DNA from: Lama glama
Lineage: Eukaryota
DNA length: 64,000 bases
Reading direction: 5' to 3'
NCBI GenBank assembly: GCA_028534125.1
Contig: CM052817.1
Coordinates: 44,332,001 to 44,396,000, forward strand
In this document: one piece after another, positions 26,757 to 38,965 of the stretch
Layout of the letters: each line of letters opens with the position of its first letter
How positions within the stretch are numbered: position 1 is the stretch's first letter
The notes under the pieces: model-generated
The model's database searches: none
Told to the model about the DNA's origin: nothing
Seen by the model: only the letters and a program-made list of their open reading frames with translations
Program-made: the position numbers and the translations under genes

Positions 26757-27290
26757 ACAATTGTACCATATGATTCAGCAGTGGTACTTCTGAGTATATA
26801 CCCAGAAGAATTGAAAGCACAGACTTGAACAGATATTTGTACACTAATGTTGATAGCAGCATTGTTTTCAATAGCCAAAGAGTGGAAACAACCCAAGCAT
26901 CCATTGATGGATGAGTGGATAAACAAAATGTGGTAGTACATACAATGAAATACTATTCAACCTTAAAAACGGAGGACATTCTCATACATGATACAACATG
27001 GATGAATCTTAGAGGCATTATTCTCAGTGAAATAAGCCAAAACAGAAAAGGACAAATTTTACATGATTCCACTTATATGAAGGATGTAGAGTAGTCAAAT
27101 CCATTGAGACAGATTGCAGAATAGTGGTTGCCAGGGGCTGGGGGAAGGGAGAATGGGGAGCTAGTGTTTAATGGGCATGTAGTTTCAGCTGGGGAAGAGT
27201 AAAAAGTTCTGAAGATGGATGGTGGTGATGGTTGCACAAGTATGTGAATGTATTGAAGTCACTGAACTGTGCACTTAAAAATGGCTATCA
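26757..27290 (+). mobile_element. L1MB-like 3' end
   Basis: accatatgattcagca...ggaaacaacccaagcatccattgatggatgagtggataaacaaaatgtgg...cactgaactgtgcacttaaaaatgg. Confidence 0.85.
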
Positions 27291-30200
27291 TGGCTAAGAG
27301 GCTGCAGAGTAGGGGCACCTGACCTGGGAAACTCCACTTGCTCATCTATCTGGTCACTGATACAAAAGGTCACTTTGCCTGTCTCCTCATTTCCTTTTCC
27401 TTGGCCGGTTGGAAGCATTCCCTTCTCTTGGCCCTCAGCCTTGATCTGTGGGGACCATTGTGGGGGTCATGAGCAGCCTGGTAGAGTAGCTCATTGCTCC
27501 TGGTGCTGTCGGAATCCTGCAGGCGCTGTGTAGGCTCCTGGGGTCAGGACTGGGGCAAAGCGCAGGGAGCCCAGGGCACAGCAGCTGAGGCTTGAAACCT
27601 TTATGGCTGTGGCTTAGCAATCCAGGGGAGTGAAGATGGAAGCCTGGACCAGACAGGAGTGAGAAGAGATGGAGGGAAGTGTTGAGGTTTGAGAATGGCT
27701 GATAGAGCTTGGTGGCCAATGGGAAGAGTGGCATGAGGAGAAAGAACACCCAAGGAGGGACCCCCAGGTTTCTGGTTTGGGCAACAGGGTGAACGGGGGT
27801 GATACTGCTGCGAGGTGGAATACGGAGGGATGGTTGTGTTTGTTGGGGGAGGAAATAAGGTCTGTTTTCTATTTTTGGACATGCTGAGTTTCAGGGACTT
27901 GCAATATAGCCAAGTAGCCAGTTACCCTAAAGGAAATACTAGTTTTAATTTTATACAAAGAAGACTCAGAAGGATCCATTAGGGAGAGCAGATTAAGGTT
28001 TGAAAAAGAAAAGAAAAGAAAAAAGTAGTGTTTAGAAACCTTCCAAAGAGAATAGAGGACCAGGCGTGCAGCTTGCATACTTCTGGCATCTTCCCGTGCA
28101 AGTCTGATTTCTGATTTATGTTTAGTTTCAGCAAGTAACCCACACTGAGTTTGCTTCTCTTGGTTCTCATTAGCAAAACCACTGCTTGGAATCCAGAACC
28201 AGTTCTGTGGTCTTCCTGATTGAAATCCAAGCCGTCAGTCATTTCCAGGGCTTGAAAGGGAAGAATAAGATCCTTTAGTTTCTCAGTACCGTAAAATGCA
28301 GCCCCTTAATTTTACATCATAGGGAATGGTTTCTTTGCTTGACTTGCCTTCAAAAGAGTTTTCACTGGGGAGAGATTTCTATGATTTAATTTGCTTTGTT
28401 TTTAGATTATGTTTACCTCCCATTTGACATCTATTATCACTGCGGTTGCAAAATTCAAACATTACTGCTGGGAACCCTGACTGGCCTTGACCTTTCCTGC
28501 CTGTCCTCGCTTTCTCGTGGCCCCCAGAGCTCGAGGCTACCACCATGTAAATCATCAAGTTTATACCTGAGACTCTCCTCCCTCTGCTTAAACTTGGCGC
28601 AGTTTCACTTCACATCTTAGCCTAATTTTCCTTCCTCTTTTGAGATCCAGTGCAGAGAACACCAAAGATGGACTTGGGGCACTTGGGTCTGGGGCACTGT
28701 CCTACTGCTTGTCAGTTTGTGTGACAACAGAAAAAACAAGAAAGAGCCTATTGTGATACAGCTGGTACTTTTACACTGGCCTCCTGGGCCTCAATGTCTT
28801 CATCTGTGAAGTGGGTATAAACATAAACCCATCTTTCATACGTCACAACACTTGAAAAGACTGACTGCTAAGAGATACGAGAGTCTGTGGGAAACTTCCA
28901 GATCTGATTAAAAATATATACAATATTAAGCTTACAGCTCGTGTTTCTGAAGCTCCTGAATAGCTACTCTCCTGGTTTTCTTTCCATCAAAAATACCTAC
29001 CAGCTCCGATTCCAATGCTCTTTTTACCTGAATAATATTAAATTATACAAAAGCTACCATTTATCAAGCTCTTACCAAGGTAGATAATAATTGCATTAAG
29101 AATCCCCATTTAGTTTGGAGTCTTGAAAGCAGGTACAAATACACCCATTTTACAGGGGAGGAGAAAGAGGCTCAGAGAGGTTGAAATAGCCAACCCTCCT
29201 TTGCACAGTGAATACATAGGTGAGATAGGATTATCAACCAGGTTAGCTGTGAATCTGGACCTCTGGCCTTAACCGGTAATTTACTGACCCACTTAGCTCT
29301 TCACTTTTCAAAGCAACTTCTTCCTCCTCTGCCTCCCACTCTCTCTTTCCTAAAAGCATCTTTACTTCCAGGCCTTGAAAATGCGTATTTTGGAAACCAC
29401 GAGTAAATGAAAGAAATCTGGTTGGATGTTCTCCACTGGGGGCCAGTCGTGAGTGCGGGGTGGGGAGGAGAGGGATGGAGGGAAGGGAGGGGGTTAACTG
29501 GCTGAAGGAAAATACATGTGACTGTTTGCTGCACCGCATCATCTTTACTCAGACAAGAGACACTGGGGCCGTGGAACAGTTCTCCAGAAGAGGAGAGGCT
29601 CCTTGTTGGCATTTCAGCTGCTTGGTCCCTAACTCCTCCCTTTTGACAATAATGCTTTCCACCCAAAATCTTGTATGACTTGGGGGTTGGCCAGAGGAGG
29701 GAGGGATTGGGGGGCCCAGCCGGAAAGGGGGATGGGGAGAGAAGGAAGATTAAGAAAAGAAAAGCAGCTGGAACGCATCTCCTGGGAACTGGCCAAGAAG
29801 GAGGCCTGGGCCCTGGGAAATCTGCTGGTCTCCTGTTAGGTCACCCCTCCCAGCTGCCTTCTCAGTCTGTGTGACACAAGGACTTGGCCCACTTGTGGCC
29901 GCTTCCAACAGAAGGCATTGCAGATGTCCCGGAGGACATGGAGACCCCACTGGGGGAGGAGACGTACTCCAAGCTGCAAGGAGCCCTTTGCCAAAACAGA
30001 GAGATGTCCTTCCACGGGTCAACATTGCAAAACAAAAAATTTAAAAAAAAAAATCCCTGGTGGAGCGAGACTCCAGCCAGCAGGGCAATGAGGTCGACAA
30101 ATACATGGCTATTTAGTGACAGACAGACAACGGAGGGACTGATCTTGCTAGAAGAAGAATTTTTAAACTTAAGTATTTCTGCAAGACTGAGCTCCTGCAG

Positions 30201-30651
30201 AGCTCAGCATGGGGTAGGAGCCCATGTGGAAGGAAAGGAACCAGGAAATGAGTTTGATGGAATGAATGTGGGGAGAGTGAGAGAATCCCCTGTGGAGGAT
30301 CTTAAAGTCATTCCAGGCTTGTTTTAAATTTAGAGAAAATTAGGTCATTCCGGAATCATCTTTGGTCTGTGCATGAGGTCAGGAGAAACTATGTTAGGAG
30401 ATAAATTATATCATGTCACTTCCCTGCTTAAAACCATTGGGAGCTTCCATTAGAATATGAGTAAGTCTCAAACTTCCTGCTGCCGGCTGCAGACTTCATG
30501 ACAGGTCCCTGCTGATGTTTCCCACTTCATTTCCCACCCAGTAGGCTCCAGCCGTGCAGCCTTCTTAGGTTCTGAGAGCTCTAAACTCTGGGCCTTGGCA
30601 TCTGCTACTCCCTTTGCCTAGAAAAATGTTGTTCCTGGCCTTAGCTTATGA

Positions 30652-31062
30652 TAGTACTTCTCAAACTGCAGGTCATGACGCATTAGTGCATGGTGAAATT
30701 GACTTAGTGGGTCATAACCAACTTAAAAAAAAAGTTAAATATAATAGAAAATGTATTAGATGTATTAAATTTAATAGAAAATATACTATATAAGGGGCGA
30801 GGGTATAGCTCAGTGGTAGAGTACATGCTTAACATGCATGAGGTCCTGGGTTCAATCCCCAGTACCTACATTAAAAAATAAATAAAAATAAACCTAATTA
30901 CCTCCTCCCCCAAAACAAAAAAAAAAGAAAAACAAAAGAAAATATACCGCAAAGACAGATATTGTTTTATGAAATATGTATGTGTGTATGTGTATTCTGG
31001 ATTATGATATAATATAAAACTCTTACTAATGAGTCTCAGTCCATAAACTTTGACAGTCACTG
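30652..31062. mobile_element. hAT-type MITE interrupted by a SINE
   Basis: tagtacttctcaaactgcaggtcatgac... at left and ...actttgacagtcactg at right. Confidence 0.55.
30794..30936 (+). mobile_element. tRNA-derived SINE (Vic-1-like), well preserved
   Basis: ggggcgagggtatagctcagtggtagagtacatgcttaacatgcatgaggtcctgggttcaatccccagtacc plus tail. TSD-like agaaaatatac at 30776-30786 and 30937-30947. Confidence 0.92.
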
Positions 31063-31113
31063 GCTTAGGAGTTGGTGATGCATAATTCGGGCTTTTTTTT
31101 TCTTTCCTAACAG

Positions 31114-31586
31114 TATAACCTAGCAGGACCCTATAGGACCTTCCTGGGACAGACTTCTCCCCATATCCTCTTCAGTAGCTCATCTCTTAAGTACCAAGAT
31201 AATAGTATCTCATGCATATTTCCTGAATTTTTTCAGATGTTAAAAACCACCACCAAATGGAAGAAATTAACTACTTGATGATCACGAGCACACAGCTCCC
31301 AGACCTTCTGGCGCCCAAGGACTGAACACCATCAACCAATCAGAATCTTGCACAGCTGATCACATACCCTGGGCCGCTCCCCCCCACCCCCTACCCCGTC
31401 AGCTGGCCTTTAAAGATGCTCAGCTGAAACCCTTCAGGGAGTTCAGGGATTTTTTTGGGGGGCACGAGTCACGTGTTCTCCTTGCTCGGCCCAGTAATAA
31501 ACCTTTCTTTCTCTGCTCCACACTCCGAGGTTTTGGTTTGTTTGGCCTCACGGTGCCTCGGGCACATGACCTTGCGTTCAGTAACA
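31114..31586 (+). mobile_element. ERV solo LTR, copy B (473 bp)
   Basis: Ends tataacc (TG decayed)...gtaaca, AATAAA near 31496, CCAAT-like aaccaatcag, approximate 4-bp TSD acag/gcag. Confidence 0.85.
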
Positions 31587-31814
31587 GCAGGGAACAACTT
31601 TGATTTACAAGAAGCTTTCTGATCTCTTTGTAGAGGCACTATTATAAATGTTCGATAGAAATGAATTGAGCCTGGCCTCAAAGATCATTAACCAGCTTTA
31701 AAAAGTTTTCACATCTGCTTGAAAGCTGGTTAGTGTCTTCCTGCTTCCAGGCTCCAAGCCTTTGTGGTGGTAATAGGAGAAAGATAGCATGTGGGTGCCA
31801 TGATTAAAAGTTCT

Positions 31815-32325
31815 ATAGCAGACATTGCTGTTTAGCCAACCCAACAGCCTTTCCCAGACTCCTATTTGCTTGCCATATTTTACTGCAGAGCCTGGAAAAG
31901 CTAAATATCCCGCTCTTCAGATGCCCTTGCAGCTAAGGATGGCCATGTGACACCGATCTGGTCAGTGAGACATAAATGAAAGTCTGCTTGAATATTGCTG
32001 GACATTTTTTTTTTTGCTTTTCTAATAAAAGAAGCTCTGGTTGGCATTGCCTACACGTACTCTCCTTCCTGCTCTGAATGAGGACGTGAAGCCTAGAGCT
32101 GTTTTGAATCAGCAGCAGCCATATTTTGATGATGAGGGAAAGTCCTAGAAAATCAGAGATGCTGGCTCTGATAACTGGGAGTTCTGTAAGCTCTACTCAT
32201 GTCACATTTGCTGATGTCCCAGTGGCTAATGCCAAGCTCAGAGTCAATATGGCAGAGAACCACACAAGGGTGTGGATACCAAGAAACGTGATTCACTCAA
32301 GTCCTTAGTATAACAATCTACCATT
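31815..32325. mobile_element. MLT1-like LTR remnants
   Basis: cccttgcagctaaggatggccatgtgacac...ggtcagtgagacataa; gtcacatttgctgatgtcccagtggc. Confidence 0.6.
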
Positions 32326-33504
32326 CCCTTCCTCAGGACACTTTATTTCCATCTATTGGAAAATTGTTATAGTATACTTATTTTATTAGAACAAGACACT
32401 TGGCTGTCATCTGCTTAAAAATTATTGTAATAAATATGCAAATTTGTGATGTCTAAAATGTGAATGGTACCCTTTTAGATTTGGCATCATGGTGCAGTGC
32501 ACAACCCGCACAACCATATCTAGTGGCCCTAATAAGTCTCAGCTCACTTTGTGTGTGAGGATCAGGCTCAAGCTTTATGTGTCTTTGGTGCTTCACACCT
32601 AATACCATGCCTGATATTTTATAAGTACGTGATTCTTCTGTCACTTTCTCCAGATTCCATTTGCCTACCACAGAGCTGCCAGGGTTAACTTTTTAAACAA
32701 AATAAAAATAGCAACTAATATATTTTGAGCCCTTCTAATTTAATGTTCCAGGCACTGGGCTAAGTATCTCATTTAATACTCATGACAACTTTAGGAAGCA
32801 AACATCTTTATTATTCCCATTTTATAGGTGAGAAAATTGACATTTAGACATATTTTGTAACCTGCCACAAATCACACAGCTAGTTCAAGGCAGAGTAAAA
32901 CTGGAACTTTGCCTCCAAAGCAGTATTTCTCACAGCGAGATCTCTGTACCATCTGCAGCAAAATCACTGAAGGTACTTGTTAAAAATCCAAAGTCCTGGG
33001 CCCCACCCCAGACTTACTAGGGCTTCAACCTCTGTGCATGGTTTACCAGGTTCTTCATAATTTCATCTTTGCCTTCCTTTCTTCCTTCATCTTGGCTTGG
33101 CCGTCTCCACTGCCTCCCAGTACCTGCACACAAATGTACGCACAGCAGATACACGCAGAACTCAAAATACTGCAATATGCTGGTTCCTCATCTTGGAACC
33201 TGCACTCACACAGTTCCTTCTTGGGATAACTTCACTTCCATTCCTTCCCACTTAGGCCGCAGTCTGCTGAAATTCCTTTTATCCTGCAAGGCTCAGTTTA
33301 AAAGCTAACTTCTCTGAGCAGCCCTTCCTATTGCCTCTTCCACCAAATGGGTGATGCTTCTCAGCTTTTCTCAGTATTCACTGTAAGCTCTACACCACAC
33401 TTACCAAGAAGCCTGCTGGTTTTTTTTCCTCATGTCTTTATTCTTATCATATTTCTCACGTCTCACTTGCTGTGACCTCAGTGGGGCATTCAGTGAGTTT
33501 CAAT

Positions 33505-33780
33505 TTTTTTTTCTTTTCGATACAACTGACACATAACACATTAGTTTGAAGTGTACAACATAATGATTCAATATTTGTATTCATTGTGAAATGATCATCT
33601 CGGTAAGTCTAGTTAACCTCCATCACAGCACAGATACAAAACTTTTTTTTCTTGTGATGAGGACTTTTAAGATATACTCTGTTAGCAACTTTCAAATATG
33701 CAATACAGTATTATTAACTATAGTCACCATGTTGTACGTTGCATACCCATGACTTGTTTTATAACAGAAGTTTATACTTC
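33505..33780 (-). mobile_element. L1MA-like 3' end
   Basis: gtgatgaggacttttaagatatactctgttagcaactttcaaatatgcaatacagtattattaactatagtcaccatg. Confidence 0.8.
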
Positions 33781-34794
33781 AATAATTTTTAATAGATATT
33801 TTTTAATAAAGTCAGATGCTTTAAAACAATACTTCTAATGTAAAAGTCATAACTTCTTAATAAACTAGGTCTCATATCTCAGATGAAAGTAAAACAAACA
33901 ACCACAAAGCAAGAGATCATTAAAAAAAAAGCAGGAATAGGAAGAAATGCTAGTATTTAGAGTAAATATAGATTCAAGGATATTTCCTTGTTTTTATTTC
34001 ATTTTTGTTACAGAAAATTCAAATATGCACCAAAGTAGAGACCAGCACACTGTTTCCTGGAGTACCTATCACCCAGCAGTTACCACCATGCTGCTGTTCT
34101 TTCAAATGGTGCAAATTCTAAAATGCTATTATTAATTCAAAAACAGAAAGCTAAAAGCAATTTAGTTAATTTTAAAACACCCTTGTGTGTAATATTGAAA
34201 AAACCAGCCATAGTTTAAAAAGAATGACATTAACAGTTACTATCTAGTCATTGGTGATGAAAACCTACAGGAGGGAATGTGAATCAACAGTTTCCTACTC
34301 TAAGCAGCTTTTGGGGAGGAGTGAAAAGAAGACGGGGGTCTCAGACTGCCCCGGCCTGGGGGCTGGGCTGACAGGTGGGGGAGTCAAATACTTTCTGCTT
34401 TCCTGCTCAGATTCATTAGTGGCTGGTTGAAAGCTAGATAAGAAAGTGATGATAACTGGGCCAGAAGTTTCTTTGAAGGGAAATGGATATCTATGGTTTT
34501 GACTTCCGCCAGAATTCACAGTGAATCTTATTTTTAGACGTCAGATGATGTCTTTTGGAAACAGTCCAATTATAGTGTTTTGTGAGTGGATGTTATACAT
34601 TCATTTGTTTACTGTAAACATTTAAAATATCCTACAATTTGTGACTTTATCAATTTTTAAAAAAAAAGTATTCTGGGAGCCTCAGCAAATGGCAGTGGCC
34701 TGGGATGTTCCTGACCTCTGTAAGACTCTGGTGGAGGTTAGAAGGATTCAGAAAACCTTGTGCCCTTCAGTGTTGCCCCTGGTTTTCTTCACAG

Positions 34795-36800
34795 GTGGCT
34801 CCTGTCTGAAACTGATGGAAATAGTGCCAAAGTTAGAACGGTGTCCAAGAATGGCAAAAAGACCAAGAAACCATCGGGTAAGGAGGCTGAAGATACATGG
34901 TTGGAGAAGCAGCAAGGAAAAAATAAGAGAGAGAAATGGGGTGGACATACTAAGTCTGGACCTGTGAGACAGGGGAGACCCTCCGTGGACTCGTGGGGGC
35001 CACAATAGGAAATCTGAACTTTCATTTAGTACAAATGTTTTTGCCTCTCTTACAGAGGAGAAACCTTTCATATCCTCTCAGGGTACAAAAAAAACAGGGT
35101 CTTAATAATTAATTATTTTAAAACTTGAAAGCAAATCCCAGGGTACCTGCCGTAGACGGACACTCAGGGAGAGCCTGAATTCCCTTGTCTTAGAAGAAAA
35201 GGAACGCTAGGAGGCTTCCAACCCCCGCACCCTGGGCAGGCAGCTCTGACAGAGCCCTCTCAGACCCCTGGGAGGGCTTCCTGGCTTGTCGCGCAGGCGG
35301 ACAAGAAGAGGAATTCAGGGTTTCCTTGTAGGTGCGCCGACCCGAGAAGGGAAGCAGCCCTTGGCAAAGCAAGGAGTAAGAATTGGTGACAAGATTCACC
35401 ATCCCCCACCCTCACCCCCCCAGTAGGAACGCGGGAAGTCTTCGTAGAGTTGATGGTGTCCTGGAGAAAGGGTGGCCTTGGTGAAAACTGCAGGGTCAGC
35501 TGGATGCTTGGAATGACCGCTCCCGACTGCCTGCCCTCTCTAGGCTCTCCTCCTGAAGGGGAAGGATGTACAAGGGGAGGGAAGGCTCCCCCACACAGAG
35601 AGGGCTGTTGGGCGGGGAAAGAGAGCTAGCGTCTGGGAGAACCGCCAATAGACACAGTCCCCGGGGCGGCCCGCTAATGAGCTCATCCATCCAGGCAGGT
35701 TAAATGACAGGTAAGTGTCGCCCAAAATGCAGTTCACACAGCTGAAGGTCACAGAGGGAAAGATACTCAGTCGCGATCCTTTCCTTTGCATGCGATTCAC
35801 GGTGGAGGGGTTGCAGGAGAAGGCGGAAGGATAGACTAAAAGAATGCATTTTTTCCCTCTCCTTTTCTTTTCTAGTAGCAAGGGTGTAGAGCGTAAGCGT
35901 GGCATTTCTCAGAAATCTAAAAATAAAAGTGTTTCTTGTCACAGATTTAATTAATATTTCCCAAGTATTTTTGACTTGCAGCGCCAAATTAATTTGATTA
36001 TAAGCTGTTTAGGGCTCTTGCTAGTGAATGAACACATGCTCTTGGGCGTCTCCCCCCAGCCCCCAGTAGAGGGAGAACACAATGCTAGGCTTTTGCATTT
36101 TCCAAGTATATGCAACAAGCTGCTGCTGTTTTATGTCTATATATAAAGAGAAGCCACATGGAAATGTGAATGAGGCATGAGATTCCAAGATTTTAATAAA
36201 TACCAAACAGGAAAAACTAAAAGTACTTGCTTGGGATGAATGGTGTTCTTTGCCAACTGTCTGTTAAAGCATTTTGATTCCAATTCAGGAAGGAGGGAAG
36301 GAAGGGAGGGAGGGAGAGGCAGGAAGGAAACCTCTTCTGGTGCATGGGGTAATACTAATACATTCATTCCAGCTTCCCACGCCCATGGCATCTTTCTCCT
36401 TTAGAACTCTATTTTTATCTGTGTTCTCTTTATAGCTTCTTTCAACAGGTTTCAGCTTACAGATGGGTGATGAGGCATGAAGAAGGTGAAGTATCCAAAC
36501 TGGATCCCAATATGAACCTGGTTTCAAGTAGAGTTTCTTTTAAGACCTGGCACAAGCTTAACCCCCAGCAAGCTAATTCCTCTCCCATTCCTGGGCATTT
36601 GCAAGCACCGAGCCCGAGCCCACGGGAGCAGGAGAGGAGCAGAAGGGTCATTATTTGGTTGTGGCCTCCTGGTTATCAAGGGCTTCACATATGGCCTTTT
36701 GGCATTATCTCCAGATAAGCCTATACATGCAGTCATTATATTAGTGCATGCATGTCAAGAGCTTTGGTTTATTAAAAGATCCTTAAAACACACCACAACT
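34795..36800 (+). pseudogene. Candidate 3' exons of an unannotated plus-strand gene, pseudogene or lncRNA
   Basis: Acceptor/donor-bounded segments 34795-34877, 35332-35375, 35544-35710 and a terminal segment from 36449 with ATTAAA at 36771-36776. No recognisable protein. Confidence 0.4.
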
Positions 36801-37059
36801 AAAGTTTTTGTAACTGTTCTGGCATGTCTCTATTTCGAAACAGATGTTCAGAGCGTCAAATGAAGTAGCTCAGGCCTCTATCACCTTCTAAGACTTGAGT
36901 ACACCGTGATCAGACGCACACAAGCAGAGGGTAATGTTTCCTGCGTCCAGCGTCATCCTTGATGAAGTGGAGGGTAGAAGTTCCCCTCAAGTGGTCTCCC
37001 CCACTAAGAAGCCAAGGGGCGATGACAGAGTCTACATCGTATGGGAACCCTTGGTCTCC

Positions 37060-37650
37060 GGGAATATTTTTTTGCGGTTTTCACAGCTTTTCCCGGAGCC
37101 GCGAGTGGAACCCGTGGAGGTAACAGACACAGAAAGTCGCGCAGCTTCTCCCGCTCTTGGCCCCGCCGGGCCCCGTCCTCCCAGCGCCCAGCGCCCCGGG
37201 TGTGGGGTCTCCTCACTCGGCTCCTTCCTCCTCCGAGGAGCGCCGGGCGGCAGATGTTCATTGTTAGAAGGAAACGTAATCAACCGCGGCTGTTTCCCGT
37301 CCGAGATAATGCCAACGCCCCGGGGAGGTGCCAAACCTGGCGGGGGGATCGCAGCGGGGGCCGGGAGGACCGGCCGGCAAGTTAAAAGGGAAAACGAGGT
37401 TGGAGACCTTGATTAGCGGCTCTTCATTTTTCGGGTGGAGCCGAGAGGAGAGGGGAAGCGGTCAGGGAGGGAGCGGACGCTTGGCTGCTGACTGTGTAGG
37501 GGACGCGGCGGGGAGACCGAGGCTGCGAAGAGGTAAGTAGGGCGGCCGCCCTCCCTCCCTCCTGCGGTCCCCGAGAACATCGCGACGGCCTGGGGGACCG
37601 CGGATGCGAAGGCAAGGAATTCGGGGTCTCGGTGCCCAGGGAGGAGATGG
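37060..37650 (+). promoter_or_regulatory. CpG island, candidate promoter/first exon of a transcript antisense to SHROOM3
   Basis: Sharp GC and CpG enrichment (gccgcgag, gcgccgggcggc, cgcggcggg, gcggccgc) against a CpG-depleted background. Consensus donor GAG|gtaagt at 37533. Confidence 0.8.
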
Positions 37651-38833
37651 GCCGTGGGGAGAGGATTACACCACAGAATGGAGTGGCGGGTGCTCATGTA
37701 GACGTTCCAGACCTATTCACGGAGGGCAGTCAAAGCACAGGGGAGTTAAGTCAATGTGGCAACCATTATTTAATGTTTATTATTATTTTGGGAGCTTGTA
37801 AGCACCTGGAGGAGGGCAGGGGCCAACTGTGTCTGTTTTGCTCACTGCTCTATCACTCCCACCTGGAATAACTCCTGGGAAATAGTATGAGACGTCCACT
37901 AACCAAGTGCCTATGAAATATATAACGTATATATGTATGATATATATGTGAAGTGTGCATGTATATACTTTATATTTGTGAAGTCATTTGATCCTCGGCA
38001 TAATCCTATGAGATGTTAGCCCCATTTTACAGATGATCAAACTAAGGCATGGGATGATCAAGGAGCTAGCACAAGTAAGAACCGAGTGGAGTTTGTTTTT
38101 GCTTCCCCTGAGTTGTCTACATTTTCCCACTAGATCTTTATCTCTAAGATCCTTAACTGCTTTCTTGGAAATCTGTACTTGGAAAAAGAACTGTAACTCG
38201 CTCATACTAAGGTTCATGCTAAGCTAATAGCATTTCATCTTCAACCAGTATTCAATGAGGCTACCCAGCAAGATAGGTAGATGGATAGAATGGATTGATT
38301 CATGAGAAAGCAAGAATAGTAAAATGCTAGCAGTAAAATCTAGGTAGTGAGCATATGCGTTTTCACTGTAAAATTATTTATTTTTTGCTATATGTTTCAA
38401 AAATTTCAAGGCCTTGATTCCTATATGGGAAAGGGGAGGAGTACTGATTGAAAAAAAAAGTAAGACAAATTTTTGTCTATAAAGAGCTTTTACTCATTAG
38501 AGAAAATAAAGCATATATACAAATAACTGATTTCTAACTCTGGGATAACATTTTGAGATCATAAATCAGGACTTTTTTTTTCTTTCTGTATGTTCTTTTC
38601 CTTCCCCACATCCAAGACAAGGGATATGGCTGACTGGGGAAACTAGAAGGAGGCTGTAGCTCTTTTTGGCTTTTATGTCAAAAAGTCTGGATTTTCAGAA
38701 GAGCAGAGGAGTATTGCTTCCTAACCCCTTCGATTAGAAAGAGATTCTGGAAACAGAGTGGCTCTGCTGACCTGCTGGCTTGTGTTAAGAAGTAGTAAGT
38801 GCTCAGATTAGAAATGGCTGTGTGTCCTTTAGA

Positions 38834-38965
38834 AGGGTAACTACCTTAGTCTAATTTATTTAAACTAGGACACATTTGACAGTGAAGGGCGCACTATTGA
38901 TAATTACACTGGGGCAATAAGCATAAACCAGGATTGTCCCAGGTAAACTGGGATTTATAAACTGG
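38834..38965. mobile_element. MER94-like hAT-Blackjack MITE
   Basis: agggtaac...aaactaggacac...gcataaaccaggattgtcccaggtaaactggga. Confidence 0.55.

Noticed and set aside
30794..30870. Functional tRNA-Ala gene
   Set aside because: Continues into an AT-rich tail with TSD and occurs as six diverged copies in the window; it is a SINE head.
21324..31586. Full-length provirus bounded by the two related LTRs
   Set aside because: The interval holds MIR, L2 and L1 fragments, no gag/pol/env-like translation, and copy B has its own approximate TSD; independent solo LTRs fit better.
36934..37416. 160-aa ORF and overlapping ORFs in the CpG island
   Set aside because: Long frames on both strands are expected in GC-rich DNA; low-complexity G/P/R/A composition and no recognisable domain.
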